The notes below the pieces were generated by a model. It saw only the letters and a list, made by a program, of their open reading frames with translations. It was not told the DNA's origin and did not search any database. Both the position numbers and the translations under genes were made by a program. This document shows, piece by piece, positions 21,655 to 31,579 of a stretch of 64,000 bases of DNA. The stretch is taken from assembly GCA_963695335.1 (NCBI GenBank), contig OY968764.1, positions 512,001 to 576,000 of the forward strand, in the 5' to 3' direction. The DNA is from an uncultured bacterium (GTDB taxonomy: Bacteria; Babelota; Babeliae; Babelales; Vermiphilaceae). The first letter of the stretch is position 1; the number at the start of each line of letters is the position of its first letter.

Positions 21655-22614
21655 TTATGATGAAAATGTTTGAGCATCAATGATTCCATTAACGCATAAA
21701 GTTTTATATGTCGCATCATAATAAGATACAGGTTTATTTGGTGATGGTTCAATAGAAAGTCTGCATGTTGGGTCATTACTGAGTTGTTTTTTGTATGAAA
21801 TAGATTTGATAGTGCCATTATTGGCAAGTATTGTTTTTTTGAGCATAACATATGATCGCCATGCAAAGGGTGGAATTCTTCCTTGCCATGCAGGGATATA
21901 CAGATTTTTAATATACATTTTTGTTGCAAGAAATTGAATGGCATCAAGAATGCGTTTATTAAATTTGCATATTACCAAATGATCAATCTGCATGGATCCT
22001 GTTTGTTTTATAATTTCAGGCATTAATGTGTAAGAGATGAAGGCTTCATAATTAGGGCGTGATGATATATAACCAGGATCAATCATAGTAAGTGTATTGT
22101 GATGATTAATGAGCGTAACATTCCCTTTGTTGCATGCAATAGTTGTTATTGGATTGTGTGAGTAAGGAAATAGTTTAAGTGCACCGCATGTGATAACAAT
22201 GAGTAATGCAAGTGATACGGTACGAGTTTTAAGCGTACTGATTTTTTTACTATGCACAATAGCCAATGCAATCAAAGGAAGGGATAAGAGAATTATCACT
22301 GGAGGTTTGCAAAAACCAATTAACCATGCACGCTGTTCCAGATTAAGACACGCAAGCCATATTGTTGTGATATGCTCTAAGCACCAAATAAAGAATGTGT
22401 TGGGTATATATAAAAGTTCTAAGAAAAAAATAAGTGATGATACTAATAAAAAACAGGTTAAAAATGGACCAAAAAGTAATGTGCTGATGGGGGTTAATAA
22501 AGAGATAGGTAATCCCCAACCGATTAAAAAAGGCAGAGAAATGAATGATATAAATAGTTGGAGTTGAATACTTTTAAGGAATGATTGGTACCATTGTGCG
22601 ATTTTTTTCATCAT
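21655..22614 (-). CDS. ComEC-like membrane protein (C-terminal membrane part plus degenerate metallo-beta-lactamase region)
   Basis: Multi-TM N-half (LPISLLTPISTLLFGP), then MIDPG and IDHLVI. Confidence 0.5.
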   Translation of the reverse strand: MMKKIAQWYQSFLKSIQLQLFISFISLPFLIGWGLPISLLTPISTLLFGPFLTCFLLVSSLIFFLELLYIPNTFFIWCLEHITTIWLACLNLEQRAWLIGFCKPPVIILLSLPLIALAIVHSKKISTLKTRTVSLALLIVITCGALKLFPYSHNPITTIACNKGNVTLINHHNTLTMIDPGYISSRPNYEAFISYTLMPEIIKQTGSMQIDHLVICKFNKRILDAIQFLATKMYIKNLYIPAWQGRIPPFAWRSYVMLKKTILANNGTIKSISYKKQLSNDPTCRLSIEPSPNKPVSYYDATYKTLCVNGIIDAQTFSS

Positions 22615-22710
22615 AATTATTGACTAGTATATCATATATTGATTTTAAAAACAGGAGTGCATTAGTATGACAATAAGATGAATAAAATTGTATAAAAAAA
22701 AGGGGGCATT

Positions 22711-22929
22711 ATGAAACTTTTTCATAATAATGGACATGATCATTCTGAGCAAAATAATGAGCGCCATTGGTCAAAAAAAATGAGACAATATTGGCGTAGG
22801 TTGTATAGATCAGATAAATGCACCAGTATGTCTCATGGCAGTTATGATATTATAAGATGTATGTCATGGGCACGAGGTGAAAATTGGCGTCGTACTCATC
22901 CAAAAAGTTTGAATAAGCATCATAAATAG
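22711..22929 (+). CDS. Small basic His/Arg/Trp-rich hypothetical protein
   Basis: G-rich RBS upstream; no recognisable domain. Confidence 0.4.
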   Translation: MKLFHNNGHDHSEQNNERHWSKKMRQYWRRLYRSDKCTSMSHGSYDIIRCMSWARGENWRRTHPKSLNKHHK

Positions 22930-23017
22930 TAGTATCAATATTAACTTGATGTTTTAAAGCTGCCCTATAAGCTGTTAAATATTGAGCAATTGATATGTAA
23001 TGGTAGAAGGATATCTT

Positions 23018-23329
23018 ATGAAACATCATTTTTTTTGTTTATTATTGATTTCTTCTTTTTTTATCTACGCTATGCAACCTGAAAAGCATACTGTAACGAA
23101 AAGTCAGGTTGTATATAGTTTCGTTAATTTTAATAATCATATGAGGCAGTATTATCCGCATGCATTTGATACAAAAAAGTTCGGGTGGTTCATAGATGAC
23201 ATCAGGGCAATGAAAATGCATGAATTTGAAAATAATAAGGAAGAGTTACTGAATAAGTTACTATTTTTAAACAGTTGTGTTGATCAAAATACATATATTT
23301 TTGATATGAAGAAGTGTTTTAATTTTTAA
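23018..23329 (+). CDS. Secreted hypothetical protein
   Basis: AAGGA RBS, signal peptide ending YA-MQPE. Confidence 0.6.
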   Translation: MKHHFFCLLLISSFFIYAMQPEKHTVTKSQVVYSFVNFNNHMRQYYPHAFDTKKFGWFIDDIRAMKMHEFENNKEELLNKLLFLNSCVDQNTYIFDMKKCFNF

Positions 23330-23341
23330 TAAAAGTAAGCA

Positions 23342-25213
23342 ATGAAGCAATTACAGAGTCTTATCGAATTTATAGAATATAAAGCGTACTTGTTGCGTTG
23401 TTGGTCAGTAAAGTTACCTGCACAAGCAGGGTCAGGTCATACAACATCGTGTTTATCCGCAGCAGACATTGTTGCGGTACTTTTTTTTTATGCCATGCGT
23501 TATGATCCTTACAATTATAATAATCCTGATAATGATCGTTTTATTTTATCAAAAGGTCACGCAGCACCTTTGTTATATGCAGCGTGGTGTGAATTAGGTT
23601 TAGTTTCTGATAAAGAAATGCTTTCTTACAGAAAATTTGGTTCATCGTTAGAAGGGCACCCAACACGGCGCTTTAAATACGCAGAAACAGCAACAGGTTC
23701 ATTAGGAATTGGATTATCTGTTGGTGTGGGTGAGGCGCTCTGCGCTAAACTTGATAAACGTGATTTTCGTACCTATGTTTTGATGGGTGATAGTGAATCA
23801 TCAGAAGGTAGTGTGTGGGAAGCTGTGCAACTAGCAGAGCATTATAAACTTGATAATTTGATTGCATTTGTTGATGTTAATAATCTTGGTCAGAGCACGG
23901 AAACAATGCTTGATTATAAGATTAAACAATATGTTGAACGTTTTTCTGCATTTGGTTGGCATGTTTTTAGTGTTGACGGTCACAATGTACAAAGTTTAAT
24001 GGAAGTTATTGATCAAGCGCATACTGTTGTTGGCAAACCAGTGATGATTATTGCAAAAACGGTTAAAGGGTATGGCATTGATTTTGCTGCAGGATTGCAA
24101 GGGTTTCATGGTAAAGCGTTTACGCAAGATAAAGAAAAACAAGCTCTTGATGATTTAAAGAAAAATTTCCCGCAAGCTGCACACTATAACAATAATTATG
24201 ATTGGCAACCAAAACATCCACAACCAGACGCATTGGCATACAGCGGTGCTACAACAATTGTGATTATGGAAAAACCTGAATATAAAAAAGGTGAGATGAT
24301 TGCAACGCGCAAAGCATACGGCACAGCGCTTGCATTGCTTGGTGATATTTGTGACGCTGTGGTGAGCCTTGATGCAGAAGTGAAAAATTCAACGTATGCA
24401 GAAATTTTTGAAGCTGTGCATCCTGAAAGATTTTTCCAATGCTTTATTGCTGAACAAAATATGGTAGGAATGGGAGTCGGTTTTGATTGTCGTGGTAGAA
24501 TTCCATTTATTTCTACGTTCAGTTCATTTTTTTCCCGTGCACATGATCAAATCAGAATGGCTGCAATTGGTAATGCAGCTTTGCGTTTGGTTGGTTCACA
24601 TTGTGGAGTATCAATTGGGCAAGATGGGCCATCGCAAATGGGATTAGAAGATATTGCGATTATGCGTTGTTTGCCTGAATCTGTTGTGTTATATCCGTGC
24701 GATGCAGTCAGTACACATAAACTTGTTGAACAAATGGCTCGCTACAGTGGCGGCATCAGTTATTTGCGTACAACGCGCATGGAAACTCCTGTGTTATATG
24801 ATAACGATGAACAGTTTCCCATTGGTGGTTGCAAAGTGCTGCGTAAATCTGACAAAGATGTTGCATGTATTGTAGGGGCTGGAGTGACACTGCATGAAGC
24901 CCTTAAGGCGTATGATTTTTTAGTTAAACAAAACATTTTTGTCTCCGTCATTGATCTGTATTCAATTAAGCCGCTCGATGCGGCTACGCTTCTTTCTGTT
25001 GCGCATCAATCTGGTAATATTATTATTACGGTGGAAGATCATTATCCTGAAGGTGGTATTGGTGAGGCCGTGATGAGTGCATTATGCAATGAAAATATTA
25101 CAATTCATGCTCTTGCGGTATATCATTTACCCCGCTCGGGTTCGCCTGCGGAGTTGTTGGCTTTTGAAAATATTGATGCAGCTGCGATTGTTAAGACTGT
25201 ACAAAGAATATAA
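23342..25213 (+). CDS. tkt: Transketolase
   Basis: GSGH, LSKGHAAP, EGHP, TGSLG, GDSESSEG, IAEQNM, GQDGPSQM. Confidence 0.95.
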   Translation: MKQLQSLIEFIEYKAYLLRCWSVKLPAQAGSGHTTSCLSAADIVAVLFFYAMRYDPYNYNNPDNDRFILSKGHAAPLLYAAWCELGLVSDKEMLSYRKFGSSLEGHPTRRFKYAETATGSLGIGLSVGVGEALCAKLDKRDFRTYVLMGDSESSEGSVWEAVQLAEHYKLDNLIAFVDVNNLGQSTETMLDYKIKQYVERFSAFGWHVFSVDGHNVQSLMEVIDQAHTVVGKPVMIIAKTVKGYGIDFAAGLQGFHGKAFTQDKEKQALDDLKKNFPQAAHYNNNYDWQPKHPQPDALAYSGATTIVIMEKPEYKKGEMIATRKAYGTALALLGDICDAVVSLDAEVKNSTYAEIFEAVHPERFFQCFIAEQNMVGMGVGFDCRGRIPFISTFSSFFSRAHDQIRMAAIGNAALRLVGSHCGVSIGQDGPSQMGLEDIAIMRCLPESVVLYPCDAVSTHKLVEQMARYSGGISYLRTTRMETPVLYDNDEQFPIGGCKVLRKSDKDVACIVGAGVTLHEALKAYDFLVKQNIFVSVIDLYSIKPLDAATLLSVAHQSGNIIITVEDHYPEGGIGEAVMSALCNENITIHALAVYHLPRSGSPAELLAFENIDAAAIVKTVQRI

Positions 25214-25236
25214 ATAGGAACGTGTGGGGTAAAAGT

Positions 25237-25392
25237 ATGTGTGATGTTGTTATAGATTCAATTAACGAACATCTTTATACAGTAAAAATTCCCAATAAAA
25301 AAACATTAAAAGCTATTGCGAATATTGAGGCTGGCAAAGATTTAGTTAAGACAGAAGGCATAGAAGACCTTTTGAAAAAACTTGGTCTTTAA
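25237..25392 (+). CDS. 51-aa RelB/DinJ antitoxin C-terminal-like peptide (not in ORF track)
   Basis: Manual translation MCDVVIDSINEHLYTVKIPNKKTLKAIANIEAGKDLVKTEGIEDLLKKLGL. Confidence 0.55.
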   Translation: MCDVVIDSINEHLYTVKIPNKKTLKAIANIEAGKDLVKTEGIEDLLKKLGL

Positions 25393-25434
25393 TATGTTAG
25401 TGCCTATTTATGAGAAACGTTTTTTGAAAGAAGT

Positions 25435-26391
25435 TCAAAGTTTGTTTTTTAACTTATGTAGCTCATCGATTTCTACTAATTGTGCATAATGTTTTAAAAA
25501 GAGATGATTTGGATAATAGCTTGTATTCCGTTTATTTCTCATTATTGCTGCCCATGCAGCATCTTTGTGTAGAATTTCCGCTTGTCTTTCATGAATAGTG
25601 TCTAACTTTTTAAAATATTTGCTATGTATAATATCTTCCTTCTGTGCTGCGGTAAGATATTTTATTTCCATAGCTAAGATATTGTAACTCTCATGGTGTT
25701 GTGAAGCAAGATGCGCCAGCTCATGTCCAAATGTAGCAAGTTGTTCGTTATAAGACATTTCGCAAAATTGAGGATAAAGAGTTATGGCGGGATGATGAAC
25801 AATATCATTTTTGTTTATGATTAATGTATCGTTTTCACATTGGTAATTTACCGCTAATCCTGATGCAGCAGCAACATGACCGTGAGGGCTTGGAGAATGG
25901 GATAATTTTAATTCCACTGCTGTGGGATGAATGTTCATCTGTTTGCAAAGAGCTACAATTTCCGTTGATGTTGATTCTAAAGTATCACATTGTTTTTCAT
26001 GAGGTTGCGATAAATATTGTTTTTGAAAGTCTCTATATTGGCTGATGATTGAATTAATTATGTGTTGATCTTTATCGGTAATATTGAAATCTTTGTAAAT
26101 TGCATTAACAGTGTTTATTTCATCACGTTTTATATTTTCTGTAATCTGATTAAGGCGACAATCAATTTTATTTAAAACTATCTTTTTTTTGCCGGTAAGT
26201 TGAGTAAGTTTTGCGATAGTATGTGATATCAATTGTGCCGTTTTATTAACTGCGTATACACCAGCATTGTAAATTGCTGGTTTTTCAATTGATTTGTATA
26301 GTTTTTCCTGAGCTGTATCAGCTATGTTGCATGCTGAAGAAAATACAAGAGTGAGAGAGATAAAAGTCTGTATTGTAATAATTTTTTTCAT
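25435..26391 (-). CDS. Secreted zincin-like (HExxH) protein, paralog
   Basis: GHELAH, HERQAE, YYPNHLFLKHY. Confidence 0.75.
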   Translation of the reverse strand: MKKIITIQTFISLTLVFSSACNIADTAQEKLYKSIEKPAIYNAGVYAVNKTAQLISHTIAKLTQLTGKKKIVLNKIDCRLNQITENIKRDEINTVNAIYKDFNITDKDQHIINSIISQYRDFQKQYLSQPHEKQCDTLESTSTEIVALCKQMNIHPTAVELKLSHSPSPHGHVAAASGLAVNYQCENDTLIINKNDIVHHPAITLYPQFCEMSYNEQLATFGHELAHLASQHHESYNILAMEIKYLTAAQKEDIIHSKYFKKLDTIHERQAEILHKDAAWAAIMRNKRNTSYYPNHLFLKHYAQLVEIDELHKLKNKL

Positions 26392-26401
26392 GTGGTACCC
26401 A

Positions 26402-27478
26402 TTATTCTTTATTGCTCAAGAGCACGTCTTTATTAGTATTCGGACGTACTTGAGAAACTGCTGGTTTTTTGACGAATAAATGCGGCAGCGGTTGTTGCCA
26501 AAATTTTGATATTTTGATTTGAGGCATTGCTGTAGGACGAGGATTTTGTTTAGCCTGCTCCAAATAGGCAATCATTTTATGTGTTTCGTCAATTTCGCTT
26601 AATTGCAAGTAATGTTCACCATATAACATATTTGGATAATATTCATTAGATCGACTTGCCCTCATTATTGAAGCGCACTCTGCATCTCTGAGAGATGGAA
26701 AAACTTCTGCTTGACGTTCATGGGTTTGGCGAAGTTGCTGATAACTTTGTGATTTAGTAAGAGTGTTGTTTTTTGTATTTATAAAGGATGATATAACATT
26801 TTGGGTTATGCTATGACCATTTATTATATGTTCAGCTTCATGGATTGTAATAGCTTTTATTTGAGGATCATTGATGCTTTTTGGATGAAATGTAATTTGA
26901 GCTGGTTTTATTATTCGAAAGAAGGTTTTTCCTGAAAATGTTGTTGTATTCATTGAAACACTTTCACCTGAGGCTACAGCATTATATGGAAAATCATTGC
27001 TTTGGACTATATTTATGCTTTCAATGGTCATGCCATTTTGTGCCAATTGTTTTTTAATTATATCAATAGGTTCTGCAAGTTGAGGATCGTGAATTACATT
27101 CGTGTTTGGTTGACGTAAGAAATTTGTGTGAGCGTAATGATATTCTTTTAGTTTGTTGTTGGCTTCTTTTATCTGTTCATCATTAAGACCATTTTTTTTA
27201 AAAATCGTATTAATTTGATTTTGTTCTGTTTCGCGAAGATTTTGTTCCATTTTTTTGAGTTTGTTTTGATGCGCTTGTATAAATTTATCCGGGTGTGTTG
27301 ATTGGATTGGTTTTTGTATTACTTGTTTTACACCAAGTGCTATATCAATTGTTTTTGTGGTGAAGGGATAAGATATTGCATCTTTAATATGTTGCATCAA
27401 TGATGGTGGTTCCATGGTATGGAGGGCAAAAGGAAGAATGAGAGTAAAAATCGCTGGAAATATGATTGTTTTTTTCAT
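26402..27478 (-). CDS. Secreted zincin-like (HExxH) protein, paralog
   Basis: IHEAEH, HERQAE, YYPNMLYGEHY. Confidence 0.75.
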   Translation of the reverse strand: MKKTIIFPAIFTLILPFALHTMEPPSLMQHIKDAISYPFTTKTIDIALGVKQVIQKPIQSTHPDKFIQAHQNKLKKMEQNLRETEQNQINTIFKKNGLNDEQIKEANNKLKEYHYAHTNFLRQPNTNVIHDPQLAEPIDIIKKQLAQNGMTIESINIVQSNDFPYNAVASGESVSMNTTTFSGKTFFRIIKPAQITFHPKSINDPQIKAITIHEAEHIINGHSITQNVISSFINTKNNTLTKSQSYQQLRQTHERQAEVFPSLRDAECASIMRASRSNEYYPNMLYGEHYLQLSEIDETHKMIAYLEQAKQNPRPTAMPQIKISKFWQQPLPHLFVKKPAVSQVRPNTNKDVLLSNKE

Positions 27479-27614
27479 TTTTATACCTTTTTATTATAAA
27501 TTCTGTGAGTAATTACAGTCTATTGAATGTTATCATAATGATACACTATATATTACAGGTTGTAAAAAGGTATGGTGATGTGACGATCTGGACGTGATTT
27601 TGTCTTATTTGGTC

Positions 27615-28628
27615 TTATAGGGGGTAAAAATTGCTATTTTCAAGCCATCCGCGAACTTTCCAGAGCATATTAATATAGGCCAAATGGTAGAAATGCTCTT
27701 CATAAAGATGATCAGGATAATACATTCTTGCACGTTTTGTTTTTAAACATTGAGCTATCTTTGGATCTTTGATGGCGGCGAGTATTTCTGCTTGCGCTTC
27801 ATGAATTTGTGCAAGTGTATGATATTCAGGGGTTTGTTTGAACTCGCTGTTTTTAATATTGTAATAATGACTCAGATATGCACTCAGAATAGATGTTGTT
27901 AAAGTATGGTTTTGAATGACGTGTTCTATTTCATGTGCACAGGTACTCATAATATTAATTTGAGATGTTTCAGTGAGCATGCAGGGGAATATTTCAATTT
28001 TTGCAGGTTTATGAGTGTATGAAATAAAATTTTGTTCTGATTGATTTGAAGTGAAAATTGTTATTCCGCTGACTGCTTGCGCTATGGTCATTGGATTTTC
28101 ATCAATTATCTTTTGGTCGGTTACCATCTTTATATGAATACTGTGTGGATTAATTCCATTGTGTTGCAACAGAGTAATGAGTGTTTCAAGAATATGAGCA
28201 GGAACATTTTGATCATGAATTACATCTGGATTTTTTTTGGTTAAATGTTTTGTGTAAATGGTTTTCATGCGATGCACGTCAGCTATATATTTTTGCCATA
28301 TTTCATTACTGACGTTGTATTTTGCTTTGATTGCAAGAAGTGCTTTTTGTTCTACTGCAAGAAGTTCTGTTCCAAATGCTTCAAGCTGTTTTTGAATTGA
28401 ATCGATTTTGTCAGCTTTATTATTGGTATTGGTATAACAAAGATCTAAAATGCCAAGTTTTTGGATGTATTCATCAATATATGCACAATTTTTAATGTAA
28501 TCTACCCCAGTGCCCGTGTTGAATTTCATAAGGCATGGAGGCATTTGTATTGGGGATAATCTGCAGGTTTGCAGCGCAAAAAGCAAGGCGATTGCCCTGA
28601 ATAAGATATGTATATTATTGTTTTTCAT
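27615..28628 (-). CDS. Secreted zincin-like (HExxH) protein, paralog
   Basis: AHEIEH, HEAQAE, YYPDHLYEEHF. Confidence 0.75.
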   Translation of the reverse strand: MKNNNIHILFRAIALLFALQTCRLSPIQMPPCLMKFNTGTGVDYIKNCAYIDEYIQKLGILDLCYTNTNNKADKIDSIQKQLEAFGTELLAVEQKALLAIKAKYNVSNEIWQKYIADVHRMKTIYTKHLTKKNPDVIHDQNVPAHILETLITLLQHNGINPHSIHIKMVTDQKIIDENPMTIAQAVSGITIFTSNQSEQNFISYTHKPAKIEIFPCMLTETSQINIMSTCAHEIEHVIQNHTLTTSILSAYLSHYYNIKNSEFKQTPEYHTLAQIHEAQAEILAAIKDPKIAQCLKTKRARMYYPDHLYEEHFYHLAYINMLWKVRGWLENSNFYPL

Positions 28629-28679
28629 ATATATAAGCATACCAAATATATACAATTTGTCGATTTGCGCATTGGATGG

Positions 28680-29642
28680 TTATTTGTTATATACGCACAG
28701 CAACTTGTGCTTAGAGATAGTGTTATTTGCCAGAGTTTCTTCATGCCAAGAATCGAGTTTTTGTAAAATAGTAGGTAGAAGAGCAACAAATTTTGTGCTT
28801 GAAAACTTAGTATGGGAGATAGGAAGGTCATTTATTTTAACTTTAGCCTGGGTAAGATGGCTATAGGTTGGAAAGACACGGCTAGAAAAAGGCATCAGTG
28901 TGTAATGATATTTATGATGTTTATGAGGGCATTCATACTTGGTACAGAGTCGTCTCAATTGTGGTGCTATAATTTGCACCAGATCAAAGCTTGAATAAAG
29001 TGAATAGACATGATTGAACATAGGTGTGCAAATCAAGTGCTTTGTTCTTTCTTGTACTGGACATGCAAGGAGTATGAGTGATTTAATAGTTGGGTGATGA
29101 GCTTGCTCTTCGGAGCCTTGGCGAAGTAGGGGTTTTATTTTTGCCATACTGAGTGCAACGTTGCCGCCGTGGCTGTGAGCGATGATTCTAATAATTGGTT
29201 TTTTCCCATATTTTTTTTCATAAGCTTCACTCAAACTTATGATCTCTTTATGTAACACTTCAGCAGCTTTTTCTCTTTCTTGCTGTTTTAATTTTCCCGA
29301 CCAACCAAAAACATAAAATTCTTCAAGAGGAAAATGCTCTGGATCATGGTTTGCAATAGTTTCAGCAATTTCACGGAAGTGATGCTTTTCAGGAAATGCA
29401 TTGATGTGAAGCATGCATGCCTGTTCACCAAAGATTTTGTGATATGAAGGGGTGTAAATGATGAGTGTACCGTGTACCCAGATGGTAATAGGAGGAGATT
29501 CATGAGTTTCTGTGATGTTATGTGCTGGAGGTATGTCAATGTGGAGTTTTTGTCGATCAACATGTCTGCGATGAATACATCCTGGTAAAGATATGAGTAA
29601 GAAAAGAAGTAACTGACATCGAATAGGATTGTGTTTTCCCAT
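28680..29642 (-). CDS. Alpha/beta hydrolase (possible lipoprotein)
   Basis: WVHGT, FGWSG, AHSHGG nucleophile elbow; LPGC lipobox-like. Confidence 0.8.
   Translation of the reverse strand: MGKHNPIRCQLLLFLLISLPGCIHRRHVDRQKLHIDIPPAHNITETHESPPITIWVHGTLIIYTPSYHKIFGEQACMLHINAFPEKHHFREIAETIANHDPEHFPLEEFYVFGWSGKLKQQEREKAAEVLHKEIISLSEAYEKKYGKKPIIRIIAHSHGGNVALSMAKIKPLLRQGSEEQAHHPTIKSLILLACPVQERTKHLICTPMFNHVYSLYSSFDLVQIIAPQLRRLCTKYECPHKHHKYHYTLMPFSSRVFPTYSHLTQAKVKINDLPISHTKFSSTKFVALLPTILQKLDSWHEETLANNTISKHKLLCVYNK
29101..29132. repeat. Palindromic repeat type C inside hydrolase gene
   Basis: cttgctcttcggagccttggcgaagtaggg; near-identical to intergenic 48552-48577. Confidence 0.75.
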
Positions 29643-29683
29643 TATATACCTTGTTATACCCTAAGTCATGAAAAAATACTTTT

Positions 29684-29816
29684 CGCGCTCGTCCTGAGCC
29701 TGTCGAAGGATATCTTTTAGTGCGCTTTAATCCTTTTGCCCCAATTTTCACTTCGTTTCAATCGGGGTCCCCATCAAGAGAATTCGAAGATGGGGTGAGC
29801 TGATGAGCGCACTAAA
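29684..29816. repeat. Composite repeat: type A arm plus type B element
   Basis: cgcgctcgtcctgagcctgtcgaaggata followed by ccttttgccccaattttcacttcgtttcaatcggggtccccatc...gaagatggggt. Confidence 0.85.
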
Positions 29817-29871
29817 ATACTTTGGTATCAATTATTGTTTAGGTATATGAAAAAAAAGGTAGGGATGTCAA

Positions 29872-30789
29872 TTATAGTTCAATAATAATGTCGTGATCTT
29901 TGTGAGAAGAGCAGTTACCGCCATTATCAAAGATTGTATCGAGTTGATTGATGATGGCAGGGAGTTGACGTACAAATGGAAGCAAGCCAAATTCAACGTG
30001 GAACAGTCCACGACTTCTTTTAATATAATTGACTGTGTTAAGAGCTTTAATAAGGCCCTTGAGTGCAAATTTATCTATTGCATGATCATCAGCGTTCCAT
30101 AGTGGATATTTTTTCCAACGAATCAAAGCTTGTGCCATTTTTGGATGGGCATCAAAATGACGTGCAGAAAGGAGCGGGCGTGTAATTTTTTGTTTGCGAT
30201 GATGCAAACCTTGTGGATCGGCAATTTGAATCATATCAGTGTGCGAGTGTAGTGAATAAATACGTTCAAAAATATTTGAACTGATTAAGTGATTGGTGTG
30301 ATTTTGAACAGGGCAGGCGAGTAATACAGCTTTTGCTATTTTGAGTTCAAAACCGTCAGGATCAATAATTTCTGCCAAATGGAGAATGACGTTGCCACCA
30401 TGGCTATGAGAAATAAGAATAATTTCTGGGGTACAGCCGTATATTTCTAGGTAAGTGACTACCAATTCCTTGAGAGCACAAAAAAGATCCTGAGCAGCAA
30501 TTTTACGCGCATTCAGATCAAGATTACCTGACCAGCCAAAAGTATAAAAATGCTCAGTGTTAAAATGTGCTGGATCAGCAATTGCAAGAGCTTGAGCACG
30601 TAAAGATGGATAATGGTACGTATCTGGCTGACTGAATTTATGTAACCCTTTGGTATCATCAGAAAGAAGGAGGGTTATATTTTTGGTCATTTTTGCAAGA
30701 AAAGGAGGCAAATCTGGCTTTGTACCATGAACCCATACGGTAACAATAGGAGCTTTAGGAGGTTCCGGTGGTGGTGGTGTAAAGAACAT
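29872..30789 (-). CDS. Alpha/beta hydrolase, paralog of 28680-29642
   Basis: WVHGT, FGWSG, SHSHGG, LLACPVQ. Confidence 0.8.
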   Translation of the reverse strand: MFFTPPPPEPPKAPIVTVWVHGTKPDLPPFLAKMTKNITLLLSDDTKGLHKFSQPDTYHYPSLRAQALAIADPAHFNTEHFYTFGWSGNLDLNARKIAAQDLFCALKELVVTYLEIYGCTPEIILISHSHGGNVILHLAEIIDPDGFELKIAKAVLLACPVQNHTNHLISSNIFERIYSLHSHTDMIQIADPQGLHHRKQKITRPLLSARHFDAHPKMAQALIRWKKYPLWNADDHAIDKFALKGLIKALNTVNYIKRSRGLFHVEFGLLPFVRQLPAIINQLDTIFDNGGNCSSHKDHDIIIEL

Positions 30790-30870
30790 AATTTTTCCTC
30801 TTATAAAAAATAAAGACAAAATTATTATAGCATAATTTTGTCTTTTGGTAAAAAAACTTAAAGTTAAAGG

Positions 30871-31566
30871 TTATTTATTGTGCTCTTTAATGACGGCTGC
30901 AATATAAGGACAGTCTGTATAATATTCTTCAGGATTACCATAAACAGGATGATTTTCATCTGTGAGTATGTCAGACGTCAAATGGCCAATAAGTTCTGCT
31001 TTTTGCGTTTCAGAATTTTTGTTGATAAAAAAACTGTTCCCATAACCACTTGTATGATAATTATAACCTGATTCGTATCTTTTTTGTTGATTTGGGAATC
31101 TGGAGCTAATGTAGATTTTGTCAGCTTTATAAGATTTAGTCTTGATTGTAATAGTATCGCCAAATTTGATTCTGGAACCTTTACCAATAATTATATGGAT
31201 CAGTGAATTTTGAATACCATGAATATAGAGAGCAACGAGTGCAGCATTACCCGCATCATTCATGCCAAGACGTTTGTGTTCAGGCTCTCCATTTTTATTA
31301 AAATTTGGTGAGAACCGTATGCCTTGGTTAGGATGGATAGTTTTTGTTGAATCATCTGATTTGTAATCGTTCTTGTTGCTGATTTTTGTTTTATCAGAGA
31401 TATCAATACGTGTAGAAAAGTTGGCATCTTTTGGTAATTTATTAATGATCGTGATATGTCGTTTTTGCGGAGTATCAAGGTTGCGATTTCTTATTTCTAT
31501 TTCTTGTTCCATTGCACAAGATAGTGTAGGAATAATAGTGCTGAGTGCGAGAGCATAATATTTCAT
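30871..31566 (-). CDS. Secreted hypothetical protein
   Basis: Signal peptide ending SCA-MEQE; shares IG...KFGD.(I/V).I with 32464-32958. Confidence 0.65.
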   Translation of the reverse strand: MKYYALALSTIIPTLSCAMEQEIEIRNRNLDTPQKRHITIINKLPKDANFSTRIDISDKTKISNKNDYKSDDSTKTIHPNQGIRFSPNFNKNGEPEHKRLGMNDAGNAALVALYIHGIQNSLIHIIIGKGSRIKFGDTITIKTKSYKADKIYISSRFPNQQKRYESGYNYHTSGYGNSFFINKNSETQKAELIGHLTSDILTDENHPVYGNPEEYYTDCPYIAAVIKEHNK

Positions 31567-31579
31567 CAAAATCCTTTTT

